From positions 38,295 through 102,294 of the forward strand of contig CAYZUG010000003.1 of the NCBI GenBank assembly GCA_964481865.1: DNA of 64,000 nt, in the 5' to 3' direction. Each line of letters starts with the position of its first letter. Position 1 is the first letter of the stretch. The position numbers were made by a program, and so were the translations under genes. This document shows positions 37,904 through 49,256 of the stretch, piece after piece. Under the pieces are notes generated by a model. That model was given only the letters and a program-made list of their open reading frames with translations. It was not told the DNA's origin and made no database searches. The stretch comes from an uncultured Thermomonas sp. Lineage in GTDB: Bacteria > Pseudomonadota > Gammaproteobacteria > Xanthomonadales > Xanthomonadaceae.

Positions 37904-39007
37904 ATGGAGCCTTCCGTAGCAGCCCCCATGGTTTCTGCCAGCAGTGTATTGGCAGCACAAGCGCGGCTGCGTAAATATCTGGATGTCACCCCAACGCATT
38001 ATGCGGAGCGTTTCGGCTGCTGGCTGAAGCTGGAAAGCCTGCAACGCACTGGCTCTTATAAAGTGCGAGGTGCGCTCAATGCATTACTGGCGGCACGCGA
38101 GCGTGGTGACACCCGCCCAACGATCGCCGCCTCTGCTGGTAATCATGCACAGGGCTTGGCCTGGGCGGCTTACCGTTTAGGAATGCAAGCCATTACGGTG
38201 ATGCCGAAAACAGCACCGCAAACCAAAATTGCAGGCGTTGCCCATTGGGGTGCGACCGTGCGCCTGCACGGCGAAACTTATGACGAAGCAAAAGCCTTTG
38301 CCAATGAGCTGGCCGAACACAACGACTACCGCCTACTTTCCGCATTTGATGATCCAGATGTCATTGCTGGGCAAGGTACCGTGGGCTTGGAAATCGCCGC
38401 CAGCATGGCACCTGACGTTGTTATCGTGCCGATTGGCGGCGGTGGTCTCGCCTCTGGCGTAGCCTTGGCACTGAAAGCACAGGGTGTGCGCATCATCGGC
38501 GCACAAGTGGAAGGCGTTGACTCCATGGCACGCGCATTGCGCGGCGATGACAGCATCCAAGAACCTGTAGCGACCTTAGCCGATGGCGTCCGTGTCAAGG
38601 TTCCCGGCTTTCTGACACGGCATGTGTTGCGCACACTATTGGATGATGTTGTCATCGTCCGTGAAGCCGAACTACGCGAAACCCTTGTGCGTCTTGCTCT
38701 TGAAGAACACATCATTGCCGAGGGCGCTGGCGCACTGGCATTGGCTGCTGGGAAGCGCGTCGCAGGCAAGCGCAAATGCGCTGTGGTATCGGGTGGCAAT
38801 GTGGATGCAAACGTATTGGCGCATTTGTTGCAGAATGTACGTCCCAGCCCACCACGCAAACCTAGGCGCCGTAAACAAGAACGACTTATACCGCCGGCAG
38901 AAAATATCACTTCCTTTCCTGCCGGCTTTTCCGTCACTGTTCCCCCTTCTTATCCCGCGCCGCCGCAAGCTGGCGCAGAACACACGCAAGAGATTTCTTA
39001 CGCATGA
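37904..39007 (+). CDS. Threonine ammonia-lyase (short TdcB/IlvA type) with an atypical C-terminal tail
   Basis: It has the PLP lysine motif (SYKVRGA) and GGGGL. About 55 Pro/Arg-rich residues follow the catalytic domain, and the stop overlaps the leuA start as ATGA. Confidence 0.85.
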   Translation: MEPSVAAPMVSASSVLAAQARLRKYLDVTPTHYAERFGCWLKLESLQRTGSYKVRGALNALLAARERGDTRPTIAASAGNHAQGLAWAAYRLGMQAITVMPKTAPQTKIAGVAHWGATVRLHGETYDEAKAFANELAEHNDYRLLSAFDDPDVIAGQGTVGLEIAASMAPDVVIVPIGGGGLASGVALALKAQGVRIIGAQVEGVDSMARALRGDDSIQEPVATLADGVRVKVPGFLTRHVLRTLLDDVVIVREAELRETLVRLALEEHIIAEGAGALALAAGKRVAGKRKCAVVSGGNVDANVLAHLLQNVRPSPPRKPRRRKQERLIPPAENITSFPAGFSVTVPPSYPAPPQAGAEHTQEISYA

Positions 39008-40542
39008 ACGCATCGCAAGACCACGTACGCATTTTTGACACCACCCTGCGCGACGGTGAGCAGTCCCCCGGTTTCACCATGAGTTCCCCACAAAAAATCA
39101 CCTTTGCACATGCATTGGCAGACCTTGGTGTTGACATCATCGAAGCGGGTTTTCCCAACAGTTCTCCCGCAGATTTTCAGGCCGTGGAGTCCATTGCCAA
39201 AGAAGTGCGCAATGCCAGCATCGCCGGCCTTGCACGTTGCCATACCGGTGATATTGAAGCGTGTGCGCGTGCGCTGGAACATGCTGCGCACCCACGCATC
39301 CACGTTTTCATTTCAACCAGCCCGCTGCATCGCCAACACAAACTGGGGATGAGCAAAGAAGAAATCATCGAACACGCCATCAAGGGTGTTGAACAAGCAC
39401 GTCAATACACTGATGACGTGGAGTTTTCAGCTGAAGATGCGTTTCGTACGGAACGTGATTTCTTAGTGGATGTTTTCAGTGCAGCCACCACCGCAGGTGC
39501 GCGCACACTGAATGTCCCCGACACTGTGGGCTATGCCACTCCTGACGAAATTCGTGACTTGTTCGGTTTCCTGCGCACGCATGTGAAGCATGCTGACGAG
39601 ACCATTTTCAGTACGCATTGCCATAATGACCTTGGTCTTGCAGTGGCCAACTCACTGGCTGCCATTGAAGGTGGCGCACGCCAAGTGGAATGCACCATCA
39701 ACGGCATCGGCGAGCGCGCTGGTAATGCCGCCATGGAAGAACTTGTCATGGCACTGAAAGTCAGGCATGGCTGGTATGGCGTGAATACACGCATCGTGAC
39801 ACCGAAATTGCTCGATACTTCGCGCCTGCTGTCACGCATCACTGGTATTCATGTACAGCGCAACAAAGCCATCGTTGGTTTAAATGCATTTGCCCATGAA
39901 TCAGGTATTCACCAGCATGGCATGCTGAAAAATCGTGATACCTACGAAATCATGCATCCTCAGGATGTGGGCTGGCCAGACTCACAATTGGTACTTGGCC
40001 GCCATAGCGGGCGTGCTGCGGTAGCGGATCGTTTACGTGCGCTGGGTTACGTGCTGGAAGACGCACAGCTTGATCAAGTCATTGCTGCAGCCAAGGCACT
40101 GACCCAAACACAACACGTTATTGGTGATGTGGACTTGGTACGTTTGGTCGAGGGCGAAAGCTTCGGGCCTGGCTGGCGCATTGCCTCAATGACCTTGATT
40201 GATGAAGGTGCGCATACACGCGCCAAAGTTGAACTGTCCAACCCAAGCAATCAACGCGTCCATCAAGAAGCCCAGGGCGATGGCCCGGTGGCGGCATTGT
40301 TTGCTGCATTAGCAGCAGCCACCGGTGTGGACTTTGAACTGGACAGCTACGAAGTGCACAGCATGGGCACAGGCCGCGATGCACGCGGTGAAGCCAATGT
40401 CAGCGCCTATATCGGCAACGAAATGCTGAGTGGGCAAGGCACAAGCCGTGACGTACTGGAAGCCAGTGCAATTGCTTGGCTAGATATTGCCAACCGCGTG
40501 CTGCGTTCCAACAGTATCCCGTCCCCTACGATCAGCGCCTAA
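39004..40542 (+). CDS. leuA: 2-isopropylmalate synthase
   Basis: The canonical LeuA N-terminus is present ([14 protein letters not shown]). Confidence 0.95.
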   Translation: MNASQDHVRIFDTTLRDGEQSPGFTMSSPQKITFAHALADLGVDIIEAGFPNSSPADFQAVESIAKEVRNASIAGLARCHTGDIEACARALEHAAHPRIHVFISTSPLHRQHKLGMSKEEIIEHAIKGVEQARQYTDDVEFSAEDAFRTERDFLVDVFSAATTAGARTLNVPDTVGYATPDEIRDLFGFLRTHVKHADETIFSTHCHNDLGLAVANSLAAIEGGARQVECTINGIGERAGNAAMEELVMALKVRHGWYGVNTRIVTPKLLDTSRLLSRITGIHVQRNKAIVGLNAFAHESGIHQHGMLKNRDTYEIMHPQDVGWPDSQLVLGRHSGRAAVADRLRALGYVLEDAQLDQVIAAAKALTQTQHVIGDVDLVRLVEGESFGPGWRIASMTLIDEGAHTRAKVELSNPSNQRVHQEAQGDGPVAALFAALAAATGVDFELDSYEVHSMGTGRDARGEANVSAYIGNEMLSGQGTSRDVLEASAIAWLDIANRVLRSNSIPSPTISA

Positions 40543-40557
40543 TTTCCGGAGTCCCCC

Positions 40558-41643
40558 ATGTACGCCAATATCGTTGTTTTGCCCGGAGACGGCATCGGTC
40601 CAGAAGTCACTGCCGCCGCCGTGCAGGTATTGCAGGCAGTGGCCGATCGTTACGGCCATCACTTTGAATTCAGCACGCAGCTCATTGGTGGCGCAGCCAT
40701 GGATGCCACCGGTCAGCCCTTGCCCGATGCCACCTTGCAAGCTGCACAGCAGGCCGATGCCGTTTTATTGGGTGCTGTAGGCGGCCCGAAATGGTCTGAT
40801 CCCAATGCCGCTATCCGCCCTGAACAAGGTTTGCTGGCCATTCGCAAAGCGCTGGGGCTGTTTGCCAACCTCCGACCTGTCAAACCGCATGCAGCCACAC
40901 TGGGGGCTTCCCCCATCAAGCCACATCTCTTGCAAGGTGTGGATCTCATCGTGGTGCGCGAACTGACCGGTGGCATTTATTTCGGTGACAAGACCCGCAG
41001 CGACACCGATGCCAGCGATTTGTGCCGCTACAGCGTGGCGGAAATTGAACGTGTGGTACGCCATGCTGCCACTTTGGCGCGTTCGCGCAGCGGGAAGTTA
41101 ACCTCTGTCGATAAAGCCAATGTGCTGGAAACTTCACGTTTGTGGCGTGATGTCATTACACGCATCGTGCGTGATGAGTTTCCTGATGTCACACTTGAGC
41201 ATCAGCTTGTGGACTCAATGGCGATGCACCTTCTGGCACGCCCGCGTGAATACGATGTCATCGTGACCGAAAACATGTTCGGCGACATTCTGACCGACGA
41301 AGCCTCCATGCTGGCTGGCTCATTGGGGCTGCTGCCCAGCGCCTCACTGGGCGAAGGCAAACCAGGGCTGTATGAACCAATTCACGGCAGCGCACCAGAC
41401 ATTGCTGGCAAAAACATCGCCAACCCCTATGCCGCTATTCTCAGTGCAGCCATGTTGCTGCGTCACTCATTAGGACTTGAAGCAGAAGCCCTTTGTGTGG
41501 AAAAGTCAGTCTCGGATGCACTGGATGCCTCCGTTTTCACTGCCGATTTGACAGCAGCGAACGCAGTCAGCACACAGGCAGCTACACAGGCTGTTGTGCG
41601 TCACTTGCAACAGAGCTGCCATGTTGTGGAGCTGCGTGACTGA
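40558..41643 (+). CDS. leuB: 3-isopropylmalate dehydrogenase
   Basis: The LeuB sequence is present ([13 protein letters not shown]...[10 protein letters not shown]). Confidence 0.95.
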   Translation: MYANIVVLPGDGIGPEVTAAAVQVLQAVADRYGHHFEFSTQLIGGAAMDATGQPLPDATLQAAQQADAVLLGAVGGPKWSDPNAAIRPEQGLLAIRKALGLFANLRPVKPHAATLGASPIKPHLLQGVDLIVVRELTGGIYFGDKTRSDTDASDLCRYSVAEIERVVRHAATLARSRSGKLTSVDKANVLETSRLWRDVITRIVRDEFPDVTLEHQLVDSMAMHLLARPREYDVIVTENMFGDILTDEASMLAGSLGLLPSASLGEGKPGLYEPIHGSAPDIAGKNIANPYAAILSAAMLLRHSLGLEAEALCVEKSVSDALDASVFTADLTAANAVSTQAATQAVVRHLQQSCHVVELRD

Positions 41644-41690
41644 AATGACCTACTACCTCCCCCCCTCTCACCCCCCCTGAAGGATGTCCA

Positions 41691-43034
41691 TTGAATCTGC
41701 CTACCCGAGATGACTTTTTAAGTCGCATTCAACAACGTGACCCACTTCAACCTGAGTTTTTGCAAGCCGTTAATGAGGTCACGGCCAGTCTCTGGCCATT
41801 TCTTGAACGCCACCCGCACTATGCCCGCATGGGCTTGCTTGAGCGACTTGTTGAACCCGAACGCGCCATTCAATTCCGCGTTGCCTGGATGGATGACCAC
41901 GGACACGTTCACGTCAACCGCGCATTCCGCGTTCAACACAGCAGCGCCATTGGCCCTTTCAAAGGTGGAATGCGCTTTCACCCATCGGTCAACCTTTCCA
42001 TTCTGAAGTTTCTCGCCTTCGAGCAAACATTCAAGAATGCGCTCACCACCCTGCCAATGGGTGGAGGAAAAGGGGGTTCCGATTTCGACCCGAAAGGTCG
42101 AAGTGAAAACGAAATCATGCGTTTTTGCCAAGCCTTAATGCTGGAGCTCCATCGACACCTTGGCCCAGATACCGACATCCCCGCAGGTGATATCGGGGTT
42201 GGCGCCCGCGAAGTTGGCTTTATGGCTGGCATGATGAAAAAGCTCAGCAACCAGTCTGCCAGCGTCTTTACCGGGAAAGGCATTGCCTATGGCGGCAGCT
42301 TGATGCGCCCCGAGGCCACAGGCTACGGAACGGTGTATTTTGTTGAGGAAATGCTGCGCTACGCCAAGCGACAAACCCAAGGCGCCCGCGTATTGATTTC
42401 TGGCTCGGGCAATGTGGCGCAATATGCCGCCATCAAAGTGCATGAACTGGGTGGCAAAGTACTGACTTTCAGCGACTCTGACGGCACGTTGTATGCACCA
42501 CATGGTTTCGATGAAGAAGCCATTGATGGGGTCGTCAAACTGAAAAATGAACAGCGTGGCCGCCTTGCCGAACTGGGCGATGATCCGCGCTTCGAATACC
42601 TTCCCGGCAAACGCCCTTGGCATATTCCTGCCGAAATTGCGCTGCCCTGCGCGACGCAAAACGAGCTGGATGGCAAGGATGCACGCACGTTGGTCAAAAA
42701 CGGCGTGATCTGCGTTGCCGAAGGCGCCAACATGCCCTCCACACTGGAGGCCGTGGATGTCTTTTTGCAATCAGGCACGCTCTATGCACCCGGCAAGGCT
42801 TCCAATGCCGGTGGGGTGGCGACTTCAGGGCTAGAGATGAGTCAAAACGCGATGCGCCTTTCGTGGTCGCATGCGGAAGTCGACGAGCGACTTCACCTCA
42901 TCATGAAAGACATTCACGGCAATTGTGTGCGCCACGGCAGCCGCCGTGATGGCAGCGTGAATTATGTGGATGGCGCCAATATCAGCGGCTTTGTGAAAGT
43001 TGCCGATGCCATGCTGGCGCAAGGCCTGTACTGA
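41691..43034 (+). CDS. gdhA: NADP-specific glutamate dehydrogenase
   Basis: It is close to E. coli GdhA throughout (KGGMRFHPSVNLSILKFL...GGGKGGSDFDPKG). The start is TTG, with AGGA 6 nt upstream. Confidence 0.92.
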   Translation: MNLPTRDDFLSRIQQRDPLQPEFLQAVNEVTASLWPFLERHPHYARMGLLERLVEPERAIQFRVAWMDDHGHVHVNRAFRVQHSSAIGPFKGGMRFHPSVNLSILKFLAFEQTFKNALTTLPMGGGKGGSDFDPKGRSENEIMRFCQALMLELHRHLGPDTDIPAGDIGVGAREVGFMAGMMKKLSNQSASVFTGKGIAYGGSLMRPEATGYGTVYFVEEMLRYAKRQTQGARVLISGSGNVAQYAAIKVHELGGKVLTFSDSDGTLYAPHGFDEEAIDGVVKLKNEQRGRLAELGDDPRFEYLPGKRPWHIPAEIALPCATQNELDGKDARTLVKNGVICVAEGANMPSTLEAVDVFLQSGTLYAPGKASNAGGVATSGLEMSQNAMRLSWSHAEVDERLHLIMKDIHGNCVRHGSRRDGSVNYVDGANISGFVKVADAMLAQGLY

Positions 43035-43041
43035 AAACACG

Positions 43042-43069
43042 ACGCCCCACAGTACGCGCTGTGGGGCGT
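43042..43069. terminator. Bidirectional terminator between convergent gdhA and leuD
   Basis: ACGCCCCACAG (43042-43052) and CTGTGGGGCGT (43059-43069) form an 11-bp stem with a 6-nt loop. A/T-rich flanks lie on both sides. Confidence 0.6.
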
Positions 43070-43114
43070 TCTTGCAGGGCGTTTTCTGGAAGTTGCAGGC
43101 AGGTTTGTGCCGTC

Positions 43115-43762
43115 TTAAATCAAACTGGCAAACACCCAAGGCTGCGCTTGCTGATGCCGCGCCTCAAATGCACGAATCGCATCACGTTCTTGCAGCGTCA
43201 AACCAATATCATCCAAGCCATTTAACAGGCAGTGTTTGCGGAAGGCATCCACATCAAAGCCATATGTTTCACCCGTGGGGGCTGTGACGCATTGCGCCGC
43301 CAAGTCCACGTGCAAGGTATAGCCTTCCTGCGCCTGACACTGTGAAAAAAGGTGATCCACCGCATCGCTTTCCAGCACAACTGGCAACAAGCCATTCTTG
43401 AAACTGTTGTTGAAAAAGATATCGGCAAAGCTAGGCGCGATGATGGCGCGAAAACCATATTCCGCCAGCGCCCAAGGCGCATGCTCACGGCTTGAACCAC
43501 ACCCGAAATTCTCACGCGCCAGTAACACACTGGCGCCCTGATATCGTGGTGCATTCAATACAAAATCGGGGTTGATTGGCCGTTTTTCATGGTCTTGCCC
43601 GGGTTGCCCAACATCCAGATAACGCCACTCATCAAAAAGATTCGGACCAAAACCCGTGCGCTTGATCGACTTCAGAAATTGCTTTGGAATGATCTGGTCG
43701 GTATCGACATTGGCACGATCCAATGGGCAAACCAGACCTTGGTGGGTTGTAAACGGTTTCAT
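43115..43762 (-). CDS. leuD: 3-isopropylmalate dehydratase small subunit
   Basis: It has the LeuD sequence ([11 protein letters not shown]) and a 4-nt overlap with leuC. Confidence 0.95.
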   Translation of the reverse strand: MKPFTTHQGLVCPLDRANVDTDQIIPKQFLKSIKRTGFGPNLFDEWRYLDVGQPGQDHEKRPINPDFVLNAPRYQGASVLLARENFGCGSSREHAPWALAEYGFRAIIAPSFADIFFNNSFKNGLLPVVLESDAVDHLFSQCQAQEGYTLHVDLAAQCVTAPTGETYGFDVDAFRKHCLLNGLDDIGLTLQERDAIRAFEARHQQAQPWVFASLI

Positions 43763-45180
43763 TGCAGCTCCCGAACATCAATAAAGTGACCCGCAATCGC
43801 GGCGGCGGCAGCCATCGCAGGGCTGACCAAATGCGTGCGCCCGCCGTTTCCTTGCCGGCCTTCAAAGTTACGATTCGACGTGGAGGCGCAATGCTCACCC
43901 GACTCCAAACGATCCGGGTTCATCGCCAAACACATGGAACAGCCCGGCTCACGCCATTCAAACCCGGCGGCAAGGAATACTTTGTCCAAACCTTCGGCTT
44001 CCGCCTGCGCCTTCACCAAACCCGAGCCTGGCACCACCATCGCTTGTTTGACTGAGGCCGCTACCTTGCGTCCACGAACCACATCCGCTGCCGCACGCAA
44101 ATCTTCGATGCGGGCATTGGTACAGGAGCCAATGAAGATGCGATCCAATTGGATCGAAGTCATCGGTTGATTCGCCACTAATCCCATGTACTTCAGCGCA
44201 CGCGCAATAGAATCACGCTTCACGGGGTCAGCTTCATTTGCAGGGTCGGGAACGCAAGCACTCACCGGCAGCACCATTTCCGGTGATGTTCCCCAACTCA
44301 CCTGTGGTTGAATTTCTTCTGCACGCATCCTGATTTCACAATCAAACTGCGCATCGGCATCGGAATGTAGGTTCCGCCAATAGGCAGCCGCCTGCTCAAA
44401 TGCCTCGCCTTTAGGGGCAAAGGGGCGATCGCGCACATAGTCAATCGTCTTCTCATCCACCGCCACCATCCCCACCCGTGCACCCGCCTCAATCGCCATG
44501 TTGCACAAGGTCATGCGGCCTTCCATCGACAAGGCACGAATAGCGCTACCAGCAAACTCCACGGCATGCCCATTACCACCCGCTGTCCCCATCTTGCCGA
44601 TGATCGCCAACACGATGTCTTTCGCAGTGACGCCGGGACCAGTCTCGCCATCCACGGTAACCCGCATGTTTTTCATTTTCTTCGCCACCAGACATTGTGT
44701 GGCCAGCACATGTTCCACTTCAGACGTGCCAATTCCATGCGCCAATGCACCGAATGCGCCATGTGTCGATGTATGCGAATCACCGCAGACCACGGTCATT
44801 CCTGGAAGCGTTGCGCCTTGTTCCGGCCCCACCACATGCACGATGCCCTGCCGTGGGTCATTCATACGGAACTCAAGGATGCCGAAGTCCTCGCAGTTCT
44901 CATCCAGCGTCTGCACCTGCAACCGCGAGACTTCATCACTGATCGCTGCCAAGCCACCTGCACGTTCTGCTTGTGTGGTGGGCACATTGTGATCGGGAGT
45001 GGCGATATTCGCTGCCACACGCCACGGCTTGCGCCCTGCCAATCGCAATCCTTCAAACGCTTGCGGCGAAGTGACCTCATGCAGGATGTGTCGGTCGATA
45101 TAGATCAAAGATGACCCATCATCACGGCGGCTGACTTCATGCGCCGCCCAGAGTTTGTCGTATAGCGTTTGACCGCTCAT
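43759..45180 (-). CDS. leuC: 3-isopropylmalate dehydratase large subunit
   Basis: ATG 45180 gives the canonical N-terminus [16 protein letters not shown]. The tracked extension to 45303 would overlap the lysR start. Confidence 0.95.
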   Translation of the reverse strand: MSGQTLYDKLWAAHEVSRRDDGSSLIYIDRHILHEVTSPQAFEGLRLAGRKPWRVAANIATPDHNVPTTQAERAGGLAAISDEVSRLQVQTLDENCEDFGILEFRMNDPRQGIVHVVGPEQGATLPGMTVVCGDSHTSTHGAFGALAHGIGTSEVEHVLATQCLVAKKMKNMRVTVDGETGPGVTAKDIVLAIIGKMGTAGGNGHAVEFAGSAIRALSMEGRMTLCNMAIEAGARVGMVAVDEKTIDYVRDRPFAPKGEAFEQAAAYWRNLHSDADAQFDCEIRMRAEEIQPQVSWGTSPEMVLPVSACVPDPANEADPVKRDSIARALKYMGLVANQPMTSIQLDRIFIGSCTNARIEDLRAAADVVRGRKVAASVKQAMVVPGSGLVKAQAEAEGLDKVFLAAGFEWREPGCSMCLAMNPDRLESGEHCASTSNRNFEGRQGNGGRTHLVSPAMAAAAAIAGHFIDVRELQ

Positions 45181-45259
45181 TGCTGCATCCATCTTAGTGA
45201 TTGCGCCTAGCTTGCCGCGTTGCCATGAATAACTCAAATGGATAATATTCATCCAATAG

Positions 45260-45274
45260 ATTCCTATTAGGAAT
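45260..45274. promoter_or_regulatory. LysR-type T-N11-A palindrome (ATTCCTA-T-TAGGAAT)
   Basis: This perfect 7-bp-arm palindrome lies 5 nt upstream of the LysR ATG, in the leuC / lysR divergent region. A second inverted repeat, TGGAT-N7-ATCCA, lies at 45239-45255. Confidence 0.4.
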
Positions 45275-45278
45275 ACAT

Positions 45279-46151
45279 ATGGAACTTGGCCAGTTGTCGG
45301 CATTTGTGGCCGTTAGCCATCAAGGCAGCTTCTCTGCTGCCAGCACAGCTTTGCACCTCACACAACCTGCCGTCAGCAAGCGTGTGGCACAGCTTGAAGC
45401 GTCGCTTGGTGTGCAGTTGCTTGACCGCATCGGCCGACAGGTTTTACTGACTGAAGCAGGCCAAACGCTATTGCCACGGGCGCAACGTTTATTGCGTGAT
45501 GCCGAGGCTGCCCAGCAAGCGTTGCAAGAATTGCAGCATGCCATCAGCGGCCCACTTCGCATTGCCAGTAGTCACCACATCGGCTTGCACCGGCTTCCAC
45601 CTGTTCTGCGCCAGTTTCATGCGCTGTATCCACAAGTCGCACTGGATATTCAATTCCTCGATTCCGAGCAGGCTTGGCAAGGGGTGGCACGTGGCACGAT
45701 TGAACTTGCTCTGACCACGCTCGCCCCTGAAGCAGACGCACATACACTCACCGCTATTGAACTTTGGGATGACCCACTGTCGTTTGTGATGGCGCCTTCA
45801 CATCCTTTGGCATCACGCAAAAAACTGCAGCTCCGTGATTTGTCGCAACACCCAGCAATTCTGCCGGAAGCAGGCACATTCACGCACCGCATTGTTGCCG
45901 AAGCTTTTGCAGAACGGGGTCTGCCTCTGCAATTACGCATGGCCACCTTGAATATGGAAACCCTGAAAATGCTGACTGCCGTAGGGCTTGCATGGAGCGT
46001 CCTGCCACAGACCATGCTGGACGATCAACTCAAAGCGGTTGCTATTTCTGAGGTACAACTCAAACGCAAACTGGGTTGCATCATGCATGGTAAACGCACG
46101 CTCTCGCGTGCTGCACAAGCCTTCCTTGGCTTGCTCAGGCAATCGGTTTAG
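45279..46151 (+). CDS. LysR family transcriptional regulator
   Basis: It has an N-terminal HTH ([32 protein letters not shown]) and a LysR substrate-binding domain. It is divergent from leuCD. Confidence 0.85.
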   Translation: MELGQLSAFVAVSHQGSFSAASTALHLTQPAVSKRVAQLEASLGVQLLDRIGRQVLLTEAGQTLLPRAQRLLRDAEAAQQALQELQHAISGPLRIASSHHIGLHRLPPVLRQFHALYPQVALDIQFLDSEQAWQGVARGTIELALTTLAPEADAHTLTAIELWDDPLSFVMAPSHPLASRKKLQLRDLSQHPAILPEAGTFTHRIVAEAFAERGLPLQLRMATLNMETLKMLTAVGLAWSVLPQTMLDDQLKAVAISEVQLKRKLGCIMHGKRTLSRAAQAFLGLLRQSV

Positions 46152-49100
46152 TCATTCACTGGCAGCCACTGGTGCCGCAGACTTACCTGCATTCTTCTCT
46201 TCTTCATGCACACCAAACCAGGCGGCATATAAAGCTGGCAAGAAAAACACTGTAAGCAATGTCGCCACCGTTAACCCACCCATGATGGCCACCGCCATGC
46301 CGCCATAAAACGCACTCCGCGAAAGCGGGATCATGGCGAGAATGGCAGCCAATGCCGTTAAGACAATCGGTCGGAAGCGACGCACGGTTGCATCAACAAT
46401 GGCATGCCAGCGGTCGTGGCCTGCATCAATATCCTGCTGAATCTGATCCACCAGAATCACCGAATTGCGCATGATCATGCCGGCCAGCGCAATCGTTCCC
46501 AGCATCGCCACAAAACCAAATGGCACGCGGAACAACAAGAGCGCCAGCACCACACCAATCAACCCCAAGGGGGCTGTTAGCAAGACCAATGCCATCCGCG
46601 AGAAACTGCGCAATTGCAGCATCAATAACGAAATCACCACCAACACAAACAGCGGCATTCCCGCCTTGATGGAGTTCTGGCCGCGTGCCGAATCTTCCAC
46701 CGTGCCGCCGATTTCCAGCAAATAGCCTTCGGGCAACATCGCACGAATCGGCGCTAGTTCAGGAAGAATCTGGTGAATAACCGTTGGTGGTGTCAACGCA
46801 TCGGTATTGATGTCGGCACGCACCGTTACCGTTGGCAAGCGATTGCGATGCCAGATGATGCCGTCTTCAAAGCCATACTCCAATGTGGCGACTTGCGACA
46901 ATGGCACCGGCCCACCCGGTGAAGGCATGGCAAGATCGGCCAGTTGTTCGGGATGGTGACGTTCGTCTTCCGCGCCACGCAACAAAATCTCAATCAGTTC
47001 ATTGTCTTCACGGTATGTACTGACCGACAGCCCCGATAGCGAACTAGACAGGAACTGCGCCACCTGTGCGCTGCTGATCCCCAAGGCGCGCGCACGCTCC
47101 TGATCAAGGCGCAAGCGTATGACTTTACTGGGTTCGCTCCAATCAAGATTGATATTGGTGACATTCGGGTTGGCACGCACTTTGTCCTCTACCTGCTGCG
47201 CCAACGCCTGCACCTGCCCGATGTTTTCACCTGAAACACGGAACTGCACGGGATACCCCACCGGTGGACCGTTTTCCAGGCGTGTCACACGGAATTGCAA
47301 TTCTGGAAATTGTGGCGCGATGTCCTTCATCAACCATGCACGCACGCTTTCACGTGCAGACAGATCTTCCGTCAACACAACAAACTGGCTGAAGTTGGTT
47401 GCCGGCAGTTGTTGATCCAGTGGCAGATAGAAACGAGGCGAGCCCGTTCCCACATACGCTACAAAGTTCTCGATACCCGGGTGTTTGTGCAGCAGAGTTT
47501 CCAGTTTTTTCGCCTGCACTTCTGTTGAACGCAACGAACTGCCTTCACTCAATTCAAGATCAATCATCAATTCCGGGCGCACAGACTCCGGAAAGAATTG
47601 CTGCGGCACAAAACGGAATGCAGCGATTGATAAGGCGAACAGCAGCACGGTGGTGCCGATGACCCACCAGCGATGACGCAAACATTGCTGCAGCCAGTAC
47701 CGCAAATGGCGATAAAACGCCTTGCCGTATGGGTCATGCGTATCCACCCCTTCCGCGTGAATATGCTTGGGTGTGGGTAACATTTTCTCGCCCAGCCATG
47801 GAATAAACAGCACAGCGGCGACCCACGACACACACAAGGCAATCGCCACAACCTGAAACAGCGAGCGCGTGTATTCACCAACACTCGACGCTGCCGTTGC
47901 AATAGGGAGAAAACCGGCAGCCGTTACCAATGTTCCGGTGAGCATGGGAAACGCGGTGGATTCCCAGGCAAAGCCCGCCGCCTTCAGCCGCGAATACCCT
48001 TGCTCCATTTTGATCGCCATCATTTCGACCGCGATGATGGCGTCATCCACCAACAGCCCAAGTGCCAGCACCAGCGCACCAAGTGAAATCTTGTGCAAGC
48101 CAATCGAAAACCCATGCATCAGGGCAAAGGTCATTGCCAGCACCAGAGGAATACTGACTGCCACCACCATGCCTGTGCGCCAGCCCAGCGAGAAAAAACT
48201 CACCAACAGCACAATGCCCACGGCTTCCAGCAGCACACGTACAAATTCACCTACTGCCGCATGGACGGCCTGCGGTTGATCGGAGACTTTGCGCAACTGC
48301 ATCCCAACCGGCAATGTACCTTGCAGACGCTGAAACTCGCTTTCCAGTGCTTTGCCAAGGCGAATGATGTCCCCTCCGTCACGCATCGCCACCGCGATAC
48401 CCAATGCGTCATCTCCCATGAAACGCATCTTGGGCGCTGCCGGATCAGCGAAGCCGCGTTTGATTGTTGCGATATCACCGAGATGAATCGTGCGATCAGC
48501 CACACGAATGGGGAACGCACGAATTTGTTCGACCGATGCAAATTGACCATCCACACGCAGTTGAATGCGGTCGCTTCCTGTTTCAAAAAAACCGGCAGGT
48601 ACCAGCGCATTCTGCTCATCCAACGCCTGCTTCACGCTTTGCAACGGAATCCCCATGGTTGCCAGACGTGTGTTCGACACCTCAATCCAAATTTTCTCAT
48701 CCTGCAAGCCAATCAACTCTACCTTGCCCACATCCTGCACGCGCTGCAGCTCAAGCTGGATGCGATCGGCATAGTCCTTCATCAGGGCATAGTCGAACCC
48801 CGGGGCGGTTAATGCATAGATATTGCCGAATGTGTCACCAAACTCATCATTGAAAAACGGCCCCACCACACCTGCTGGTAACGTCATGCGAATATCAGCG
48901 ATCTTCTTGCGGGCTTGATACCAAAGATCAGGCACATCTTTCGATGGCATGGCATCGCGTGCCATGAAAATGACTTGTGACTCCCCAGGGCGTGAGTACG
49001 AGCGAATGAACTCGTATTTGCCTGTGGTCATCAATGCTTTTTCAACGCGCTCCGTCACCTGCCTCGATACTTGTTCGGCAGTTGCTCCTGGCCACACCGT

Positions 49101-49253
49101 GCGCACCACCATGGCCTTGAAAGTAAACGGTGGGTCTTCTGATTGCCCCAATTGACGATATGACCATGCACCAATCAGCGCCACCGCCAGCATGATAAAT
49201 AAGACAAGCGGGCGGTTCCGTAGCGCCCATTCCGAGACATTGAAAGCTTTCAT
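46152..49253 (-). CDS. Efflux RND transporter permease subunit (second pump)
   Basis: The protein is 1033 aa with RND architecture (MKAFNVSEWALRNRPLV..., DDAIIAVEMM). Its stop abuts the convergent lysR stop. Confidence 0.9.
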   Translation of the reverse strand: MKAFNVSEWALRNRPLVLFIMLAVALIGAWSYRQLGQSEDPPFTFKAMVVRTVWPGATAEQVSRQVTERVEKALMTTGKYEFIRSYSRPGESQVIFMARDAMPSKDVPDLWYQARKKIADIRMTLPAGVVGPFFNDEFGDTFGNIYALTAPGFDYALMKDYADRIQLELQRVQDVGKVELIGLQDEKIWIEVSNTRLATMGIPLQSVKQALDEQNALVPAGFFETGSDRIQLRVDGQFASVEQIRAFPIRVADRTIHLGDIATIKRGFADPAAPKMRFMGDDALGIAVAMRDGGDIIRLGKALESEFQRLQGTLPVGMQLRKVSDQPQAVHAAVGEFVRVLLEAVGIVLLVSFFSLGWRTGMVVAVSIPLVLAMTFALMHGFSIGLHKISLGALVLALGLLVDDAIIAVEMMAIKMEQGYSRLKAAGFAWESTAFPMLTGTLVTAAGFLPIATAASSVGEYTRSLFQVVAIALCVSWVAAVLFIPWLGEKMLPTPKHIHAEGVDTHDPYGKAFYRHLRYWLQQCLRHRWWVIGTTVLLFALSIAAFRFVPQQFFPESVRPELMIDLELSEGSSLRSTEVQAKKLETLLHKHPGIENFVAYVGTGSPRFYLPLDQQLPATNFSQFVVLTEDLSARESVRAWLMKDIAPQFPELQFRVTRLENGPPVGYPVQFRVSGENIGQVQALAQQVEDKVRANPNVTNINLDWSEPSKVIRLRLDQERARALGISSAQVAQFLSSSLSGLSVSTYREDNELIEILLRGAEDERHHPEQLADLAMPSPGGPVPLSQVATLEYGFEDGIIWHRNRLPTVTVRADINTDALTPPTVIHQILPELAPIRAMLPEGYLLEIGGTVEDSARGQNSIKAGMPLFVLVVISLLMLQLRSFSRMALVLLTAPLGLIGVVLALLLFRVPFGFVAMLGTIALAGMIMRNSVILVDQIQQDIDAGHDRWHAIVDATVRRFRPIVLTALAAILAMIPLSRSAFYGGMAVAIMGGLTVATLLTVFFLPALYAAWFGVHEEEKNAGKSAAPVAASE

Positions 49254-49256
49254 GAC

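Noticed and set aside
45181-45303. The tracked N-terminal extension of leuC overlaps the lysR start. Similar extensions affect ackA (27623-27748), DUF442 (2676-2735), OsmC (3978-4022), ridA (13543-13581) and DUF2892 (9209-9232).
   Set aside because: The internal starts give canonical N-termini and have SD sequences. The extensions overlap neighbouring genes or regulatory hairpins.
4654-49253. The two RND adaptor-pump pairs (4654-8989 and 46152-50348) were considered as a recent duplication or repeat.
   Set aside because: The protein sequences are clearly divergent along their length, with different N-termini, loop sequences and sizes. They are distinct paralogous families, not a duplication.
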